DNA of 64,000 nt from Felis catus (GCF_018350175.1 NC_058368.1:60266001-60330000), one strand, 5' to 3'. Numbered from the stretch's first letter, positions 1 to 13,129 are shown. Numbers and translations are program-made. Notes: generated by a model not told the origin, from the letters alone.

Positions 1-14
1 ATATTTTCCTAAGC

Positions 15-460
15 AGTTTTATTAGGATAAAGACTAAACTGCTGGAAAACAAGCAAATGAAAGACAATGCCTTAAGTTTGACTCGTGCACATGGAACAAT
101 TTAAAATTCCAAAGAGCCTATGCAAGTGAGGCTTTGCTCTGTGATCTTCTTCTATGGATTTGTCTTCTTCCCGTGTAATTCTCCACCATCCTCACAGATG
201 TTGCCTTCCTCAGCGTGGTTCACGATGTACGTCTGCCACATCAACGTATCAGTCCCTAGGCAGGAAAAAAGAGAGGAGGAACAGGGTAAGACCTTTTAAA
301 TACCTCTCATTTCAGTTCATATTTTATTGGTGAGAACTTGAGTACAGAAGCAAATATAGATGTAAGTCTGGGGATGAGAAAGGTAGTTCACAGCTGTGCA
401 GCCATGTGCCCAAAAAGAAGGAAATAGATTGGAGGGGGGGGGGCAGCTAGCAGATGGCCA
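15..460 (-). mobile_element. MaLR (MLT1J/K-like) LTR, probable 3' LTR of an old MaLR provirus
   Basis: Degenerate MLT1-like text. It shares a 16/17 motif gtgca(g/a)ccatgtgccca (396-412) with the second LTR remnant (2496-2512). Confidence 0.6.
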
Positions 461-2392
461 GAGTCCTTCCTGTGGCCACCACATATCTTCCAACAAATTG
501 AACTAACGCACACTTCTTCCAACAAATTGAACTAACTCTCTAGCTGAAGGACAAAGCCCAAGGTCTTATCCTACGGCCACACTCAGCTCAAAGCCTGTAA
601 TCTGTGCCAAAAGGACAATCCTATCCATTATGTCCAGTTGTGGATTCTATTACCTGGCAACTTACAAACTAAGAGAAAAAAGATCTGCCCTCCATAATCA
701 TCCTCACTGTCCACACACACATTTGCCCCAATATTTCTGGGGACAGAACCGTGATTACAAATGGAGGCTTACCTAACATGTACCTAAAGATTAAAAAATT
801 ATAATTCAAGCAAATAGACTGTTAACTAAATACCTTTCATCTACCCCTTTGAGAAATTCAGAATTCTCAGACTCATTTTTCCATCTATGAATGTGGCAAC
901 ACATTATAAATGCCCCCTTGTAACCTTTTTTGCCCTTCTTTCTTTTCACACCTTTCCTTAATGGTCAATTGTGTGACACCTCAGCCTACAAGTCCAAAGT
1001 ACCCTCAAAGCTCCTCTGAATAGCTGCCCATTAACGAGCTCTTGGGCATAAGCTAAGGCCAACAGTGGAGCAGGCAACTCTCAAGAGATGATGTGAATGA
1101 AGAGCCTGTGAAAAACCTGGAGGTCAATGTGGAACTGTTTAGACAGGGTGTCCTGATGTCTCAGGTGTCTGGAACACGGCACAGAAGTGGAATGTGGGCT
1201 CCAGCTGGGCATCACTGCCACTTGGCCTGTAGAATCTTCACCTTGATGATGGGGGCAAAGCTGAATAATGAGTCAGGCCTGCCAATGAGGGGATCCCAAG
1301 GCAGAGCTCCCTTTGCCTGCGTCCAAAGTTGATAAGGAGAATAACGTATTAGGTGAAACAGGAACAAACAAATGCTACTGAAAAAAAGAGTCCATGTAGA
1401 ACATAGAATGAGAAACATGTCCATCAGTCCATGATGATGCTGAAATTCTGGGCAGAAATGATAAAGGCTGGTTTTGCTGAATGTTGCATAAGTTCATTGG
1501 TGAGAGTCATTCTGATCTGTGAGAAAAACCATCTTTTCTTCAGTTTTCCTTGGCACTTGACTCTGATTTCTGGGAGTTTCTTCATTGCGTCCATAATCTT
1601 CTGTGGCCAGATCTGAAGAAAGTTGATATTCTCCTTAGAGATGCACTTTTATAAACTATTTCTAGCACTTGTAATTCTAGGAGGCCGAAAACTGTTCTGG
1701 AGAAAAACAATCAGATTTTTATAGGCCATAATTTCTTTGTAATTACTCTCTCAAAAGTTATTGGACTTCTCATCTATTTACTTTCCCTCAGTGCAGTATT
1801 TGAGAAACAACGCCTGATGTAAGATTTTATTTTGTGTGACCATTTCTCCCTAACTTTGAGAAATGAAGGTAACTTGAAGAGCTCTTGATACAATAGGCTG
1901 GAGCAAAAGGCAACACTCATTCTTTTAGAATCACCCCAAGCTTAGGTAACCTTTCTTGGCTGAAAAATCATAAAGAGATGCCTTGATAAATGTTATGAAT
2001 AACAATTTTATTTTCCTGGTCTTGAGGAGTACAAAATGAGATTTTTCAACTCTGCAAAACCTCGTATTTCTGGCCTTTTCCTTTCTTCTTGTTTTGAAAG
2101 TAAGTAAAATCTTGCTAGAGGTGATTTTTTATTATAATAATTTGCATAAAGCAGCAAGAATCAGGCAATATACACTCACATTATAGCTTTTTACAACCAC
2201 TCCCCTAGAGGTTGGCGATCAAAGCGGTTCAATAGCCACGTATTCTGCTTTGTAAGTCATCAAAGACAATGGGTTTACCAGTTATGATAGCATAATGAGT
2301 CAATCTTTATGGGTCCAGGTGGCCTAACCACCAATCCAATGCCATGTACTTTAGGTTTCTGTTACACAGCAGCCTACTTGGAAGTTTAAAGT
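461..2392 (-). mobile_element. MLT1-int internal region, decayed and possibly with an unrelated insertion around 760-1420
   Basis: Ends in 'gccatgtactttaggtttctgttacacagcagcctacttgg', resembling the MaLR int/LTR junction. It lies between two LTR-like segments. Confidence 0.55.
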
Positions 2393-2540
2393 CTTTTATT
2401 TTGACTAAAGTTTAGATATTGTCTAAACAATAGATGTCCCCAAATATAAGAACATAAATAAAAGAACTATAATTTCTAGTCTCGCCAGCAGCCACGTGCA
2501 ACCATGTGCCCAGGAAGACTGGGGGACTGTCTTTTGGGGT
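2393..2540 (-). mobile_element. Internally deleted MLT1 LTR remnant
   Basis: Follows the int junction and shares the motif with the LTR at 15-460. Confidence 0.45.
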
Positions 2541-3896
2541 AACAAATGGGATAGAAATTCAACTCTAAAAACTGAAATGCCATTATCACTGCAAAAAGTA
2601 CTCTACCAAGATCAATAATGGTTGGTCACTTAATGATTAAAATCAATAATTTCCTTTTGCCCATATCTCCTTTCCCCGAACTAATTTCCTACTCTTTAAT
2701 TCCTCTTTCTTACAACAGTAATGCATTGGACAATAACCCTCATATCTTGAGCATCTGTTCTCTTTTAGTTCATCATAGATTCAACTCCTGTAAGTTTCCT
2801 CTTTTTCACAGTTTTTGCCCTCTTTTTTGCAAGCTCAAGATCTCCTTGGTTGTTTACTTTTCTTATTCTATGTTCTATGGTCAATCTTTAATATTTCTCT
2901 TTGCTTCCTAGATTTCTTTTAAAATCTCCACTCCCTAATTCAGATTGTCTGCAAGATATCTCTACATAAGACCCCCATTTTTTTTCAATTCAGTCTTCCA
3001 CTTTTCCTCCAGTATCAATTAAAGAACACTGTCTACTCTTTCTCATCCTGATTCTGTACCGTTCCTCATGGTATCTCATTCTTCGTTTTGCATAAAATCT
3101 TTGTGTTACTATTTCCTTTTGTCAACATCAACATATTATTCCATGTTTATGTCAAATGCCCAAAATAAAATGCCCATAGAAAGGCTATATCTTCTTATAG
3201 GACTCATACATTAACCAAAGTTCTTGTCCTTACTCTCCTCTTCAAACGTCATCTTCCCAAAAGATGTACTGTGGAATACTAGGATTTGTCTGACATCATT
3301 CCAGGTACCCACTATTTTGCAACTCATGCTCCTCTTCCCTGTTTCTATCCAAAGTTGAGCAAGTCCTTTCAGAGCAAATGCTTTCTGAGTCTTCTCAAAG
3401 TGATGCAAGTATCTCTGAGAAGATGCTAGTGGAGACAGTGAGGTGGTCAATTCACTTTTCTGTCTAATGTGCACAACAGCAATGTGTAACTTTGTCATAT
3501 GTCCAAATTTTGCAGTGGTTGCATAATTTGGGAAAATCAAATTATAAGAGAAAAAAGAGAAAGAGAAAAAAATTTAGAAATTTTACATTCATAGATCATA
3601 AAAATGCATACAAGTAGATTAAAGCATTAAATACGATTGCTGATGCTGTCAAACGCCAGTTTCAAGACTTGTGTTCCTTTCCTTGGGTTCCTTATCTTAT
3701 GTCCAATGTATATATTCTCTCTTAGGCGATGAGTCATCATTGGTTTGATTTTGTCTGTTTGTTAGCTATTTTTGTTTAATTCAATGACTATATTTTTGTT
3801 TATAGATTTTTTTCATTTTACAGAGTTTTTATTATTTGTGCTCTTTTTATGTGATTTTTTGGTCACAGTTTGTAGCCCACTTTTCATTTTAAACAT

Positions 3897-3965
3897 TTTA
3901 TTTTATTTATCTATTGATTTATTTTTTTATGGAGAGAGTGAGTGGGGAAGAGGCACAGAGGGAGA

Positions 3966-4019
<54 letters not shown>

Positions 4020-4138
4020 CTTAAGCAGGCTCCATGCCCAGCATGGAGCCCAACACAGGGCTAGATCCCACAACCCTGGAATCATGACCTGAGCTGAAAT
4101 CAAGAGTGGGATGCTCAACCAACTCACCCAGGCACCCC
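3897..4138 (-). mobile_element. Can-SINE (older carnivore subfamily) with expanded (GA)n
   Basis: T-rich tail, (GA)n at ~3968-4017, tRNA-derived head ending 'ccaggcacccc'. Confidence 0.93.
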
Positions 4139-4328
4139 TCACTTTAAACATTTTAAACATGCTTATTTTAAATGTCATCGTTCATATTCTTTATTATATC
4201 TCTAGTTCTTTGTAAATTATTTATTGTTTATCATTGTTTTCTGTGGTATCTGAGAGCCTTGGAATGGAAAAGTCTTCCTATAAAATATTTTATTTATACC
4301 TTGCAATCCATATGATTTGTCTACATTC

Positions 4329-4592
4329 TTTTTTTTTAATATGAAATTTATTGTCAAATTGGTTTCCATACAACACCCAGTGCTCATCCCAACAGGTGCC
4401 CTCCTCAATGCCCATCACCCACTTTCCCCTCCCCCCACCCCCCATTAACCCTCAGTTTATTCTCAGTTTTTAAGAGTCTCTTATGGTTTGCCTCCCTCCC
4501 TCTCTAACGTTTTCCCCCCTTCCCCTCCCCCATGGTCTTCTGTTAAGTTTCTCAGAATCCACATAAGAGTGAAAACATATGGTATCTGTCTT
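4329..4592 (-). mobile_element. 5'-truncated young feline L1 (L1_Fc-like) 3' UTR
   Basis: Poly-T followed by 'aatatgaaatttattgtcaaattggtttccatacaacacccagtgctcatccc', typical of the feline L1 3' end. 'cattct' occurs on both sides. Confidence 0.9.
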
Positions 4593-4628
4593 CATTCTGA
4601 TCACTTTTTAAAATTAATTTTTGATCTT

Positions 4629-4830
4629 GGGGTGCCTGGGTAGCTCAGTCGATTAAGCAAACAACTCTTGATTTCAGCTCAGGCCATGATCTCACAGTCT
4701 GTGTGTTCAAACCCCATGTCAGGCTCTGTGGTGGCAGTTCAGAGCCTGCTTGAGATTCTCTCTCTCCCTCTCTCTGCCCCTCCCCTGCTCTCTCTCTGTC
4801 TCAAAAATAAACTTCAAAAAATTTAAAGAA
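4629..4830 (+). mobile_element. Can-SINE
   Basis: ggggtgcctgggtagctcag head, CT-rich region, AATAAA, A tail, degenerate TSD aaaattaat...atct. Confidence 0.93.
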
Positions 4831-5204
4831 CAAAATTAATATTTTTATCTATAATTGTAAATTCATTTGTGATTAATAAGCATCCTGTTTCCATGCTTCA
4901 TAGCTGAGCCACTGAGATAAACATTTATAGTCTCACATCAAAGATAAGCCAACATTTCCTCAATGCTGATCTAATGCAAGATGCTCAGTTTCATCTCCCT
5001 GTGAGATGTGCTGACTGTGAAGGTCTATGGCATGGCCAGTTTTCTGACTGGAACTTATGCACATATCACCTTCTGATACCCACTGAAATGTTTGGCTCTA
5101 GTTCCCACTCACGGTTCTTCTTCATCTTCTTTCTCCTTGTAACTTGGAATTAGTTTCTTTCTTTCTTTTGATTAAGTGCATATTCTTAAAACATTAACGA
5201 GAAT

Positions 5205-5413
5205 TAAAAAAAAAAATGTTTACTTATTTATTTTAAGAGAGAGAAAAAGAGAGAGAGGGGGAGTGGCAGAGAAAGAAAGAGAGAGAATCCCAAGCAGATT
5301 TTGCGGTGACAGTGCAGAGCCAGACATGGGGCTTGAACTCATGAATCACGAGACCATGACCTGCACCAAAACCAAGAGTTAGATGCTTAATCTACTGAGG
5401 TACCCAGGCTCCC
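5205..5413 (-). mobile_element. Can-SINE (diverged)
   Basis: tgtttacttattt tail, GA-rich region, head ending cccaggctccc. Confidence 0.9.
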
Positions 5414-5975
5414 TGAATATTTATATGTTTTAATACTAGGACCTATTCTCATTAGTTCAGTCCACTGTGTTCACAAGAATCCCCTCCTTCCCATCTGAGT
5501 GCATTATTTTTCAAACATACAGACATTAATCTTGATTCTTTAAGAAAAAATGTAACCCTTACCACATAGCTTTATTTTACCTCAGGCTCTAGGTCCTTGC
5601 CCTCATTAGCACATTTAAACAAATCTGAAATATACACTCAAGAATAACATCTTATGAGATCTCATAGCACTAGGCTGGACTTGGTACTTTAAAATACATG
5701 GAACAATTTAGGAGGGCATTGTAAGTGCCATCTCTTGAAAGATTTCTCTGTCAGCATGATAGCTCAAGTGCTTCCTGACATTTTTCCAGATGAGATAACA
5801 ATTAATCCAATAGCCATATACACAAATATTGGAGCACAAATACTCAGTCTCTGATGCACTGCCATATAAAATCACAATGACAGAAATATTTTCCTATCTG
5901 TCCAAAGTTCCTGCTATGGGGGTATGATGGAAATTTATTATCAGAAAAATGACAAAGATAACTTCTTTGTTTATT

Positions 5976-6190
5976 TTTTTTAATTTTTAATGTTTATTTA
6001 TTTTTGAGAGAAGAGAGACAGAGCATGAGTTGGGGAGGGGCAGAGAGGGAGGGAGACACAGAATCTGAAGCAGGCTCCAGGCTCTGAGCTGTCAGCACAG
6101 AGCCTGACACAGGGCTCAAACTCACAAACTGTAAGATCATGACCTGAGCTGAAGCCAGACGCTCAACCAACTGAGCCACCCAGGTGCCCC
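5976..6190 (-). mobile_element. Can-SINE (SINEC_Fc type)
   Basis: Full body with a perfect 15-bp TSD acttctttgtttatt (5961-5975, 6191-6205). Confidence 0.96.
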
Positions 6191-7009
6191 ACTTCTTTGT
6201 TTATTAATGTTTTCATGCTATGTCTCTCTGGATAGGTGTCCTGAATTTTATTTTTTAACCCACCAATTGGTTACCAAAAAGTTGGTATTTTCAGGTTAAC
6301 CACTTATGTCATTCTGGATCAAACCAAAATCTGAGATCAAGCACCATTTTCCCATACAAAGATTTAGATAGAGTAATAAAAGCAGATACTATGAGTCAGT
6401 GGAGCTGGAGGGTAGAAATCATCATTTTTATTAATTCTGATCTTGTGTGTAAAGTTGGGGATTTTGTCTTAACCAAGCTACTACATTGTAAGTTTTTAAA
6501 AATATAAAGGGGGGTTTTCTGACACTGTGTTTTCTGGATGTTAGTTTAAAATTTTTTTAATCTGTTAATTAAAATTTAATTATAGTGATGTTAGTTTAGA
6601 GCCACATTAACTCCACCAGGCTGAGAATTCAAGCCCACAGAGTGTCTTTTGGTGTGAAAAGTTCAGAGACTTTTCATTAGGAAACCAGATATATTCTCAG
6701 TGCCTATCTATATGTTACATAGTTGATCTAAGAATAATTACTTTCCCCCACCAAAGTCTAAAACATTAGTAGTAGTACGTAATATTATATTTGCAATCTT
6801 TCTTTACTGGGAGATAAAGAAAATAATTACATAAAAAATATTTGTCAGACATTCTTTTTAAGAACCTATGCATATTGTTGAAGAAAAAAATTCCATTGGC
6901 TCAAAAAAAATCTTTTGAAATTATTATGCCTTGCATTCATTTTGGTATAAATCCATGAAAATCAATCATACATGGAGAAATAGTCATCATTCTTTACCTC
7001 AGTAAAAAT

Positions 7010-7412
7010 ATAATACCTAAATGGGATAAATAGCTAATAGGCAGAGAAACTCTACTCATAGTTTTACAAAGAAGACATACAAATATCTGACAGGTATATT
7101 GGGTGGGGGTTGAGGGAAATTGGTGAAGGTGTTCAAGAGATAAAAACTTGCAGTTATAAGATAAATAAATTCTGGGAAAGTAATGTACACATGGTGACTG
7201 CAGTTAATATTGTATTGAATATTTCAAAGTTGTTAAAAGATTAGATCTTAAAACTTCTCATAACAAGAAGAAAAATAACTATATGAGGTTAATTCAACCT
7301 ATTATGGTAATTATTTCACATTATATACATATATCAGATTACTATGTTTGTACACATTGGATTAATACAATATTATTTGTCAGGTGTATCTCAATAAAAC
7401 CTTGGGGAAAAA
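7010..7412 (+). mobile_element. L1 fragments including an L1MA9/L1_Carn-like 3' end
   Basis: 'cagttataagataaataa...gtaatgtacacatggtgact...tatctcaataaaacc' plus short A tail; 'acaaagaagacatacaaat' is ORF2-like. Confidence 0.8.
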
Positions 7413-7444
7413 CATAAATACTTAACATTAGTAATCTCTAAAGT

Positions 7445-7740
7445 CCCAAATTGGTAATATTAAGTTTGATTGATTAAGATAGTATGTGCCAAATATTTCC
7501 ATTATGAAATTTAATCTTTTGTTCGTTTTGTTAATATTAATCTGTAACATGATAATTTCAGACTTTTTGAATACCCCAGCACTTACAGTCTAGTGATTTC
7601 TCATTAACTTATGGATTTTGCCTGAGTCAGTTATTACCATAATGATCATTAAATGGTGACTTTTCTATTACTTCTTCTAAATTTTTAGTAAGTATTCTTA
7701 TATAAATAAGATGCTGTCCCCCTTTTACTATTTTTAATAT
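7445..7740 (-). mobile_element. Old L1M (L1MC/L1ME-like) 3' fragment
   Basis: Degenerate resemblance only. Confidence 0.45.
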
Positions 7741-8180
7741 GAAGTCAATTATGTGCTATGTGATTAAACGCACTGTAACATAATTACAATATGTTAAGTG
7801 ATGTAAAAGGAATTTTGATTTGTTTGCAAAGGTGTTATGTCCTAGTAAGTATACTTAGTCCATCATTTTACCATGTTCCTCCCATATGAGATCTGTTTAT
7901 GTCAAGAATATCTTGCAGCTATTGGAATATTTCTAAATCAGAAAGTTTGAACTGCCATGGAAAGTCCATGAAATTTTACATTAGGGCAAATATAAATTTG
8001 CAAATACCTAGGAAGTCATGAGCATGAGTGTATACTTTTTTAAATAATAATTTGGAAGACTATTGAAATAGTAATTGGTGGAACTTCCTGTAATGGAATG
8101 AAGTAAATCCTTCAGCTGTATTGAAATGAAAAAGTAATATCAAATATAATTTATTGAACCTGAACAATTGCTTTCTGACA

Positions 8181-8618
8181 CAGAGGCAATACCTTAGAGA
8201 TACTGCGGGTTCATTTCCAGACCACTCCAATAACGCAAGTCAAAGAAATTTTTTGGTTTCTCAGTGCAAATGAAAGTTATGTTTACACTATACTGTAGTC
8301 TATTATATGTGCAATAGTGTTATGTCTAAAAATGTGCACCCCTTTATTAAAAAATACTTTATTGCTAAAAAACGCTAACCATCATCCAAACTTTTAGTGA
8401 GTTCTAATCACTGATCACAGATCACCATAACAAATATAACAATAATGAAAACGTTTGAAATATTACGAGAATTACCAAAATGTGACACAATGATGCGAAG
8501 TGAGCAAATGCTAGTAGAAAACTGATGCTGATAGACTTGCTTCATGCAGAATTTCCACAGACCTTCAACTTGTAAAACAGGCAGTATCTGCGAAGTGCTA
8601 TAAAATGAGGCATGCCTG
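8181..8618 (+). mobile_element. Tigger1-derived internally deleted non-autonomous element (TcMar-Tigger)
   Basis: Left end 'ggcaataccttagagatactgcgggttcatttccagaccac' and right end 'aaaatgaggcatgcctg' followed by TA match Tigger1 termini. No transposase ORF. Confidence 0.88.
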
Positions 8619-9049
8619 TAGAGATGAAATAGAACAAGCACACATGCTGGGGGAGCAATAGCCTTCAGGAATTAGACTCATTTTTCTTGGGCTCAATTGA
8701 ATGCAACAAAAGACGTTTAGTTATTTCCTTACACATTCCCGTTCCAATTAATTTTTGAACTGCACACATGTTCCTTCTCTCACAGTATGCACTACAGTAC
8801 ATTTATGGAGAGGCTATCCTAGAGATATTAAGACTATCCTAGAAACATTGCATATCCAATAAATGTTATGTAGCCTAGTAGCCTGCCTTGTGAATGATCT
8901 TTGTGTACTCTCTGACCACGTCTATGTTATTCTCAGAGACATCACAAAGTACTAGCCTAGATCACTTTGAGTTTGGTTGAGGTCTACTACAGATCTTTAT
9001 AATATTTTTAAAGTTACATCAATAAAGGTATTGTTTGATACAGGTTTTA

Positions 9050-10025
9050 ACAGATACCCTTTCATCAGGTGAAGGAACCTTTAGCTAATGATTTGAGAAA
9101 TGCTTTGTTTCTGTGTTTATTTTTATTCACGAACAGGTGCTGAATTTTTATCAAATATTTCAATGCAATATTTGATTAATTTATTATTAATAAATTATTT
9201 ATTTTATTGAGATTAATTTATTATTTGTTAATATGTTTCAATACAATAACAGATTAACTTTCTATTTGTTAAAGTATGCAAACACACTGTGACACTTTAT
9301 GATACAAAGTTCTTTTCTATTGCTGGACCGAAACAAATGTAAATGTGATATATTTTATATATATACGTTGCAGGTTTCCATTTGGTAAGAGTGTATTCAT
9401 GCTTTCTGCATCAATGTTCTTAAATGAGTTTGCTCTACAATTTTATTTTCTTGTACTATTCTTGTCCAGTTTTATAATTGAGGTTTTACGGGTCTAGTAA
9501 AATGTGCTGGGGAATCCTTCCTCTTTTTCTATTCTCTGAGCAGCTTTTGTAAGATGAGGATTGTTTGTTTCCTCAAAGTCTTCTTAAAACATCTCCAAAA
9601 CTATTGGCGATCATTTGTTTTTTCCCTAAAACTTTTTGTAGGAAGAATTTTTGGCCATTGATTTATATTTTATATGAACAGCTACAATTTCATTTATATT
9701 AGTTGAGGATATGTTTCCTAAAATATCCATATTACTCCTTTTCAAATATAATGCCATTAATGTTTTCATTGTCCTAAAAGTTTTAGATGTCTTCTACTAA
9801 TCTATTTGTTCCATTTTCTAAAGTTTATTTTCCTTCTTTGTGCTTTTCTTTTTCCCTAGTTTGCCTTGGTAGATCATCCTGTATTTTTACACTTCTAAAG
9901 AATCAACTTTGGGCATTGTTTATTATCTCTATAGTCCCCTCCCCACAAGATGTAACATTTCTGTTTAATAATGTCTGATTCTATTATTTTATTTCTCCTA
10001 CTTTTCTTTTTATTCTGTACATTTT
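9050..10025 (-). mobile_element. Old L1 ORF2-region fragment
   Basis: T-rich antisense L1 motifs ('ggtgctgaattttatcaaat', 'ttcctctttttctattctctg', 'aaagaatcaactttggg'). Confidence 0.75.
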
Positions 10026-10084
10026 TCCTATATTTTGAGTTGAAAATAATATATTAGTACTAACAATAAGAACATAATAATTCC

Positions 10085-10770
10085 TTTCATGAATATTTGA
10101 GCACTCACCAAGTGAAGACTTTGTTTGACATGTGGTGATACAGTGTTTTGAAAAAAGAAAAGAGCACTAAAACATTAAATGTACGAGGGCTATTTTAGTC
10201 AGTGTTGTAGTGAATTATAAATCAATGCTGTAAAGGAAAAAATAATTAGTGGAGATGGAGAGATGCATAGGACACTTTGTTTAGGCAGGAAGGTAAAGGA
10301 GTTCTTCGAAGAGATGTAGTTAGTTCGCTGGCTCTCAGAAGGGTTGGAAAGAAGAGGTAGGTCCCATAGGCACTGGGAACAGTAGAGCCATGGTGAGCCA
10401 GAAGATGACCACAAGAGATTTGAGTTTACAGCAGAGTTAACATAGGAGAAAGTGGCCCCCCAAAAAGATGGAGAAATAGAAGACAGATTTTCTAGGACAA
10501 GGCAGGGAGTTTAGATTTTGTAATAAAGCAACACAAAGCCATTGAATTGTTTAAGCAAGGAAGCTAAACATAAGCTACCTTATGTTCTGAGAAAGCCATG
10601 TTTCCTCTTTTGCAGAGAATAAACAAGGGAAGAGAAACCATAGGAGTGGAAACACAAACAGGAAGCTGGTGTCATTATTTAGGTGAGACGGATGGTGGAT
10701 TGAACTAAAGTGATATCAATAGGAATAAGGTTATAGTGGCAGATTTGAGTAATATTTTGAAAATATTATT
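10085..10770 (-). mobile_element. L2 fragment
   Basis: Antisense L2 motifs ('gagcactcacc', 'gccattgaattgtttaagcaagg', 'gatggtggattgaactaa'). Confidence 0.7.
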
Positions 10771-12017
10771 GATGAGACAGTACTCATATTTCTACAAAGC
10801 TGAACTCAGGGGTGTGCAGTGTCTACAAAACTTTTTCCTTTCTCATCTTTCACTTTAAATATTCTGTCAGATCTTGCCTTCTTGCCCCTGGATAGTATAT
10901 TCAGATGCAAAACCATTCTTGGTTACTTTGGGTATTAGAAAACCCATTTTTAGATATTGGAAAAAGCCTAGCTAAGATTAGTGTCAAAAATATGACCAAT
11001 TATCCAATGTAAGCACATCACCTTCTTTGGCTTGAGTCTTGCCTGAGAATGTTGCAGGGCATCAACCAAATGGTGCACTATCATTTCCTGTCACTGCTTT
11101 TCTCCCTTGACCATGCTGCCTCTGGCTGCCCCAGTTGGAGAATGGGGCAGGAGATGAGGCAGTGGGGGTGGGGAAGGTACAGCTGAACTGGTGTGTTTGT
11201 AATCCACCGCTGTTGTCTTCTGCATGGCAAATCTACTCAAATCATTATTTTCGTTTTTACATGGGGTACATTGGGGCTTTTTGGATGCAAGCTTCCTGTG
11301 TCATGGAGACCTCCAACACTGCCATTTCTTTGCAGAGATATTGTCCTTTCAAGTTAACCACTGAAGACACAGATTTTGTTTCTTCCCTTGATCACAGAAA
11401 TGGAACATAGCCTCCCACCTGCATCAGGTCGCTCTGCTCTGCCCACAGGTGAATCCAGCCAAACCAGTCTAGCACCTTGAAACTTTTCCAGACAAAAGAG
11501 ACAGGTGTGTTTTTGCCATGATCAAACTTGCCATATGCTCACAAAACCCCTCTCAGCATACTTCTGTTTGACAGCAGTCTAGACAAGCCAAAAATTTTGG
11601 GCTCAGAAAGCATCTGGCAGGAGCGGCAGCCTTGAGTCCTTATATCCCTCCACCCCTTCTGACCTCGTCAAATCTCTTGGAACTCCCTGAGCTAGTCTTG
11701 AAATAAGGAAAAGCCTCCACCTTTGCAGAAAACAAAGGAAGGTAAAAAGCCTAAGACTGATGATCTTTTTCAAGTCCAAGTCATCCTTCTCTCTCAATCC
11801 ACTGGATCCTTAGTTTTCTCTACAGAAACCTAGATGTATGTGAGGAGGTCAGGATGCAGAGCTGGGTAGTGAACACCTTTTAGCAAATACTGAATATGCA
11901 CTTCTAACATCTTCCTGCTTTTCTTTTTTTAAAAACAATGTCCATCCTTTAGCACTTATCTTCTCAGTTTAGAGAAGCAATAAAATTATCAGAAATAGCT
12001 GAAAAGCTACTTAGTAT

Positions 12018-12175
12018 TATCATTTAATCCTCAAATTAACTCTATAATTTAAGCTTATTTTTTTCTATTTTTCAGAAGGGGAAAATGGTACACAGGAAAT
12101 GTGAGTCACTTATGCATGTTTACATACCTAACATGTAGTAAAAGCAAGGATAAAATCAGACTATTCAGCCTTTCT
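12018..12175 (-). mobile_element. MIR fragment
   Basis: 'catttaatcctca...ttttcagaaggggaaaatgg' resembles the MIR core. Confidence 0.65.
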
Positions 12176-13129
12176 GACAAGAAGATAACTCAGAATTCTA
12201 CAAACTTGGTTTCAAATACTAATGTAATATCACTGAAATATGAAGACCTATGTTCAAGAATATGCTTTGTTTCCTTAAAAATCATGTGGTCTCAAAATGA
12301 ATTCTTATTTTGCTATTCATATTACTCTTTACAAACAAAAAAATTGAACCAATTATTCCTTTTTTTACTTATATATTAAATCTAGTCTTCTTTGAAAATG
12401 TGCAACTGTTTCTGACTTTAGAAAAGCCCTTTACCATACTCTTATTTGTTTTTTCCTCTAAGTAGAATCTAAGAGAAGAAATAAGTGTATTAAATGATAA
12501 CCAATTATAATTGAATTTTATCTTATATTCAGAAAGGGGAAATTATAATTTCATGATCGTCTGATTAAACATTTTGGAATTTTTCTCCAGAGAAAATAAA
12601 ACATAAAAGAGTGATCTTTTACAGAGGTTATCTGTAGCCAAGGTATCTAGTATTGCTTTCTGTTTTCTTTTTTGAACAGGGGCTGGCATTTAATTCTAAA
12701 AGACTGTATGATGGCCAATCCAAAGGGGAAAAAGGGAAAAAAAGTAAATCTAGCCATTATACATTCTTTGTTCACAAGAACTCAGTGTTCTGATCTGAAA
12801 TACTCACCACCCACTCTCACATGTCACCAGAAGGAAAGCGTCTGCTGCACTGCTAGAGAAATACTTGTTCGGCTAACCAACAATCACATTTTTTCAGAAG
12901 CCCTAGAACAAAGAAAAATAGAATTTATACCCTATTTGAGCACATGTATTTTATTTCATTCAATTCCTGACTTATTTTAAAATGTGAATTTGGGGGCTCT
13001 TCTAGATATCGTGCTTTGTATGCCCCAGATGATGCACTAAAAGCTGGTGGCTTAATATTTGATATTGAGAATATTTCCTTCTCTCAGAAGAGGATTTAAA
13101 TATTCTCATATATCCAAAACTAGAGGAAG

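Noticed and set aside
486..536. CRISPR-like repeat-spacer appearance
   Set aside because: Only two copies with a 7-bp spacer, in mammalian DNA with no cas genes.
3280..3325. Peptide KIVGTWNDVR resembling the RTE/APE endonuclease start IGTWNVR
   Set aside because: No downstream APE motifs are visible; a short chance-level match.
6260..6370. Minus-strand frame NLCMGKWCLISDFGL resembling a kinase DFG segment
   Set aside because: No HRD or APE motifs and stops nearby; likely coincidental.
12650..12750. Possible micro-exon: polypyrimidine tract plus CAG at 12677-12679, GT at 12744
   Set aside because: The 64-nt length is not frame-preserving, the donor (AAA/gtaaat) is weak, and there is no recognisable peptide or partner exon.
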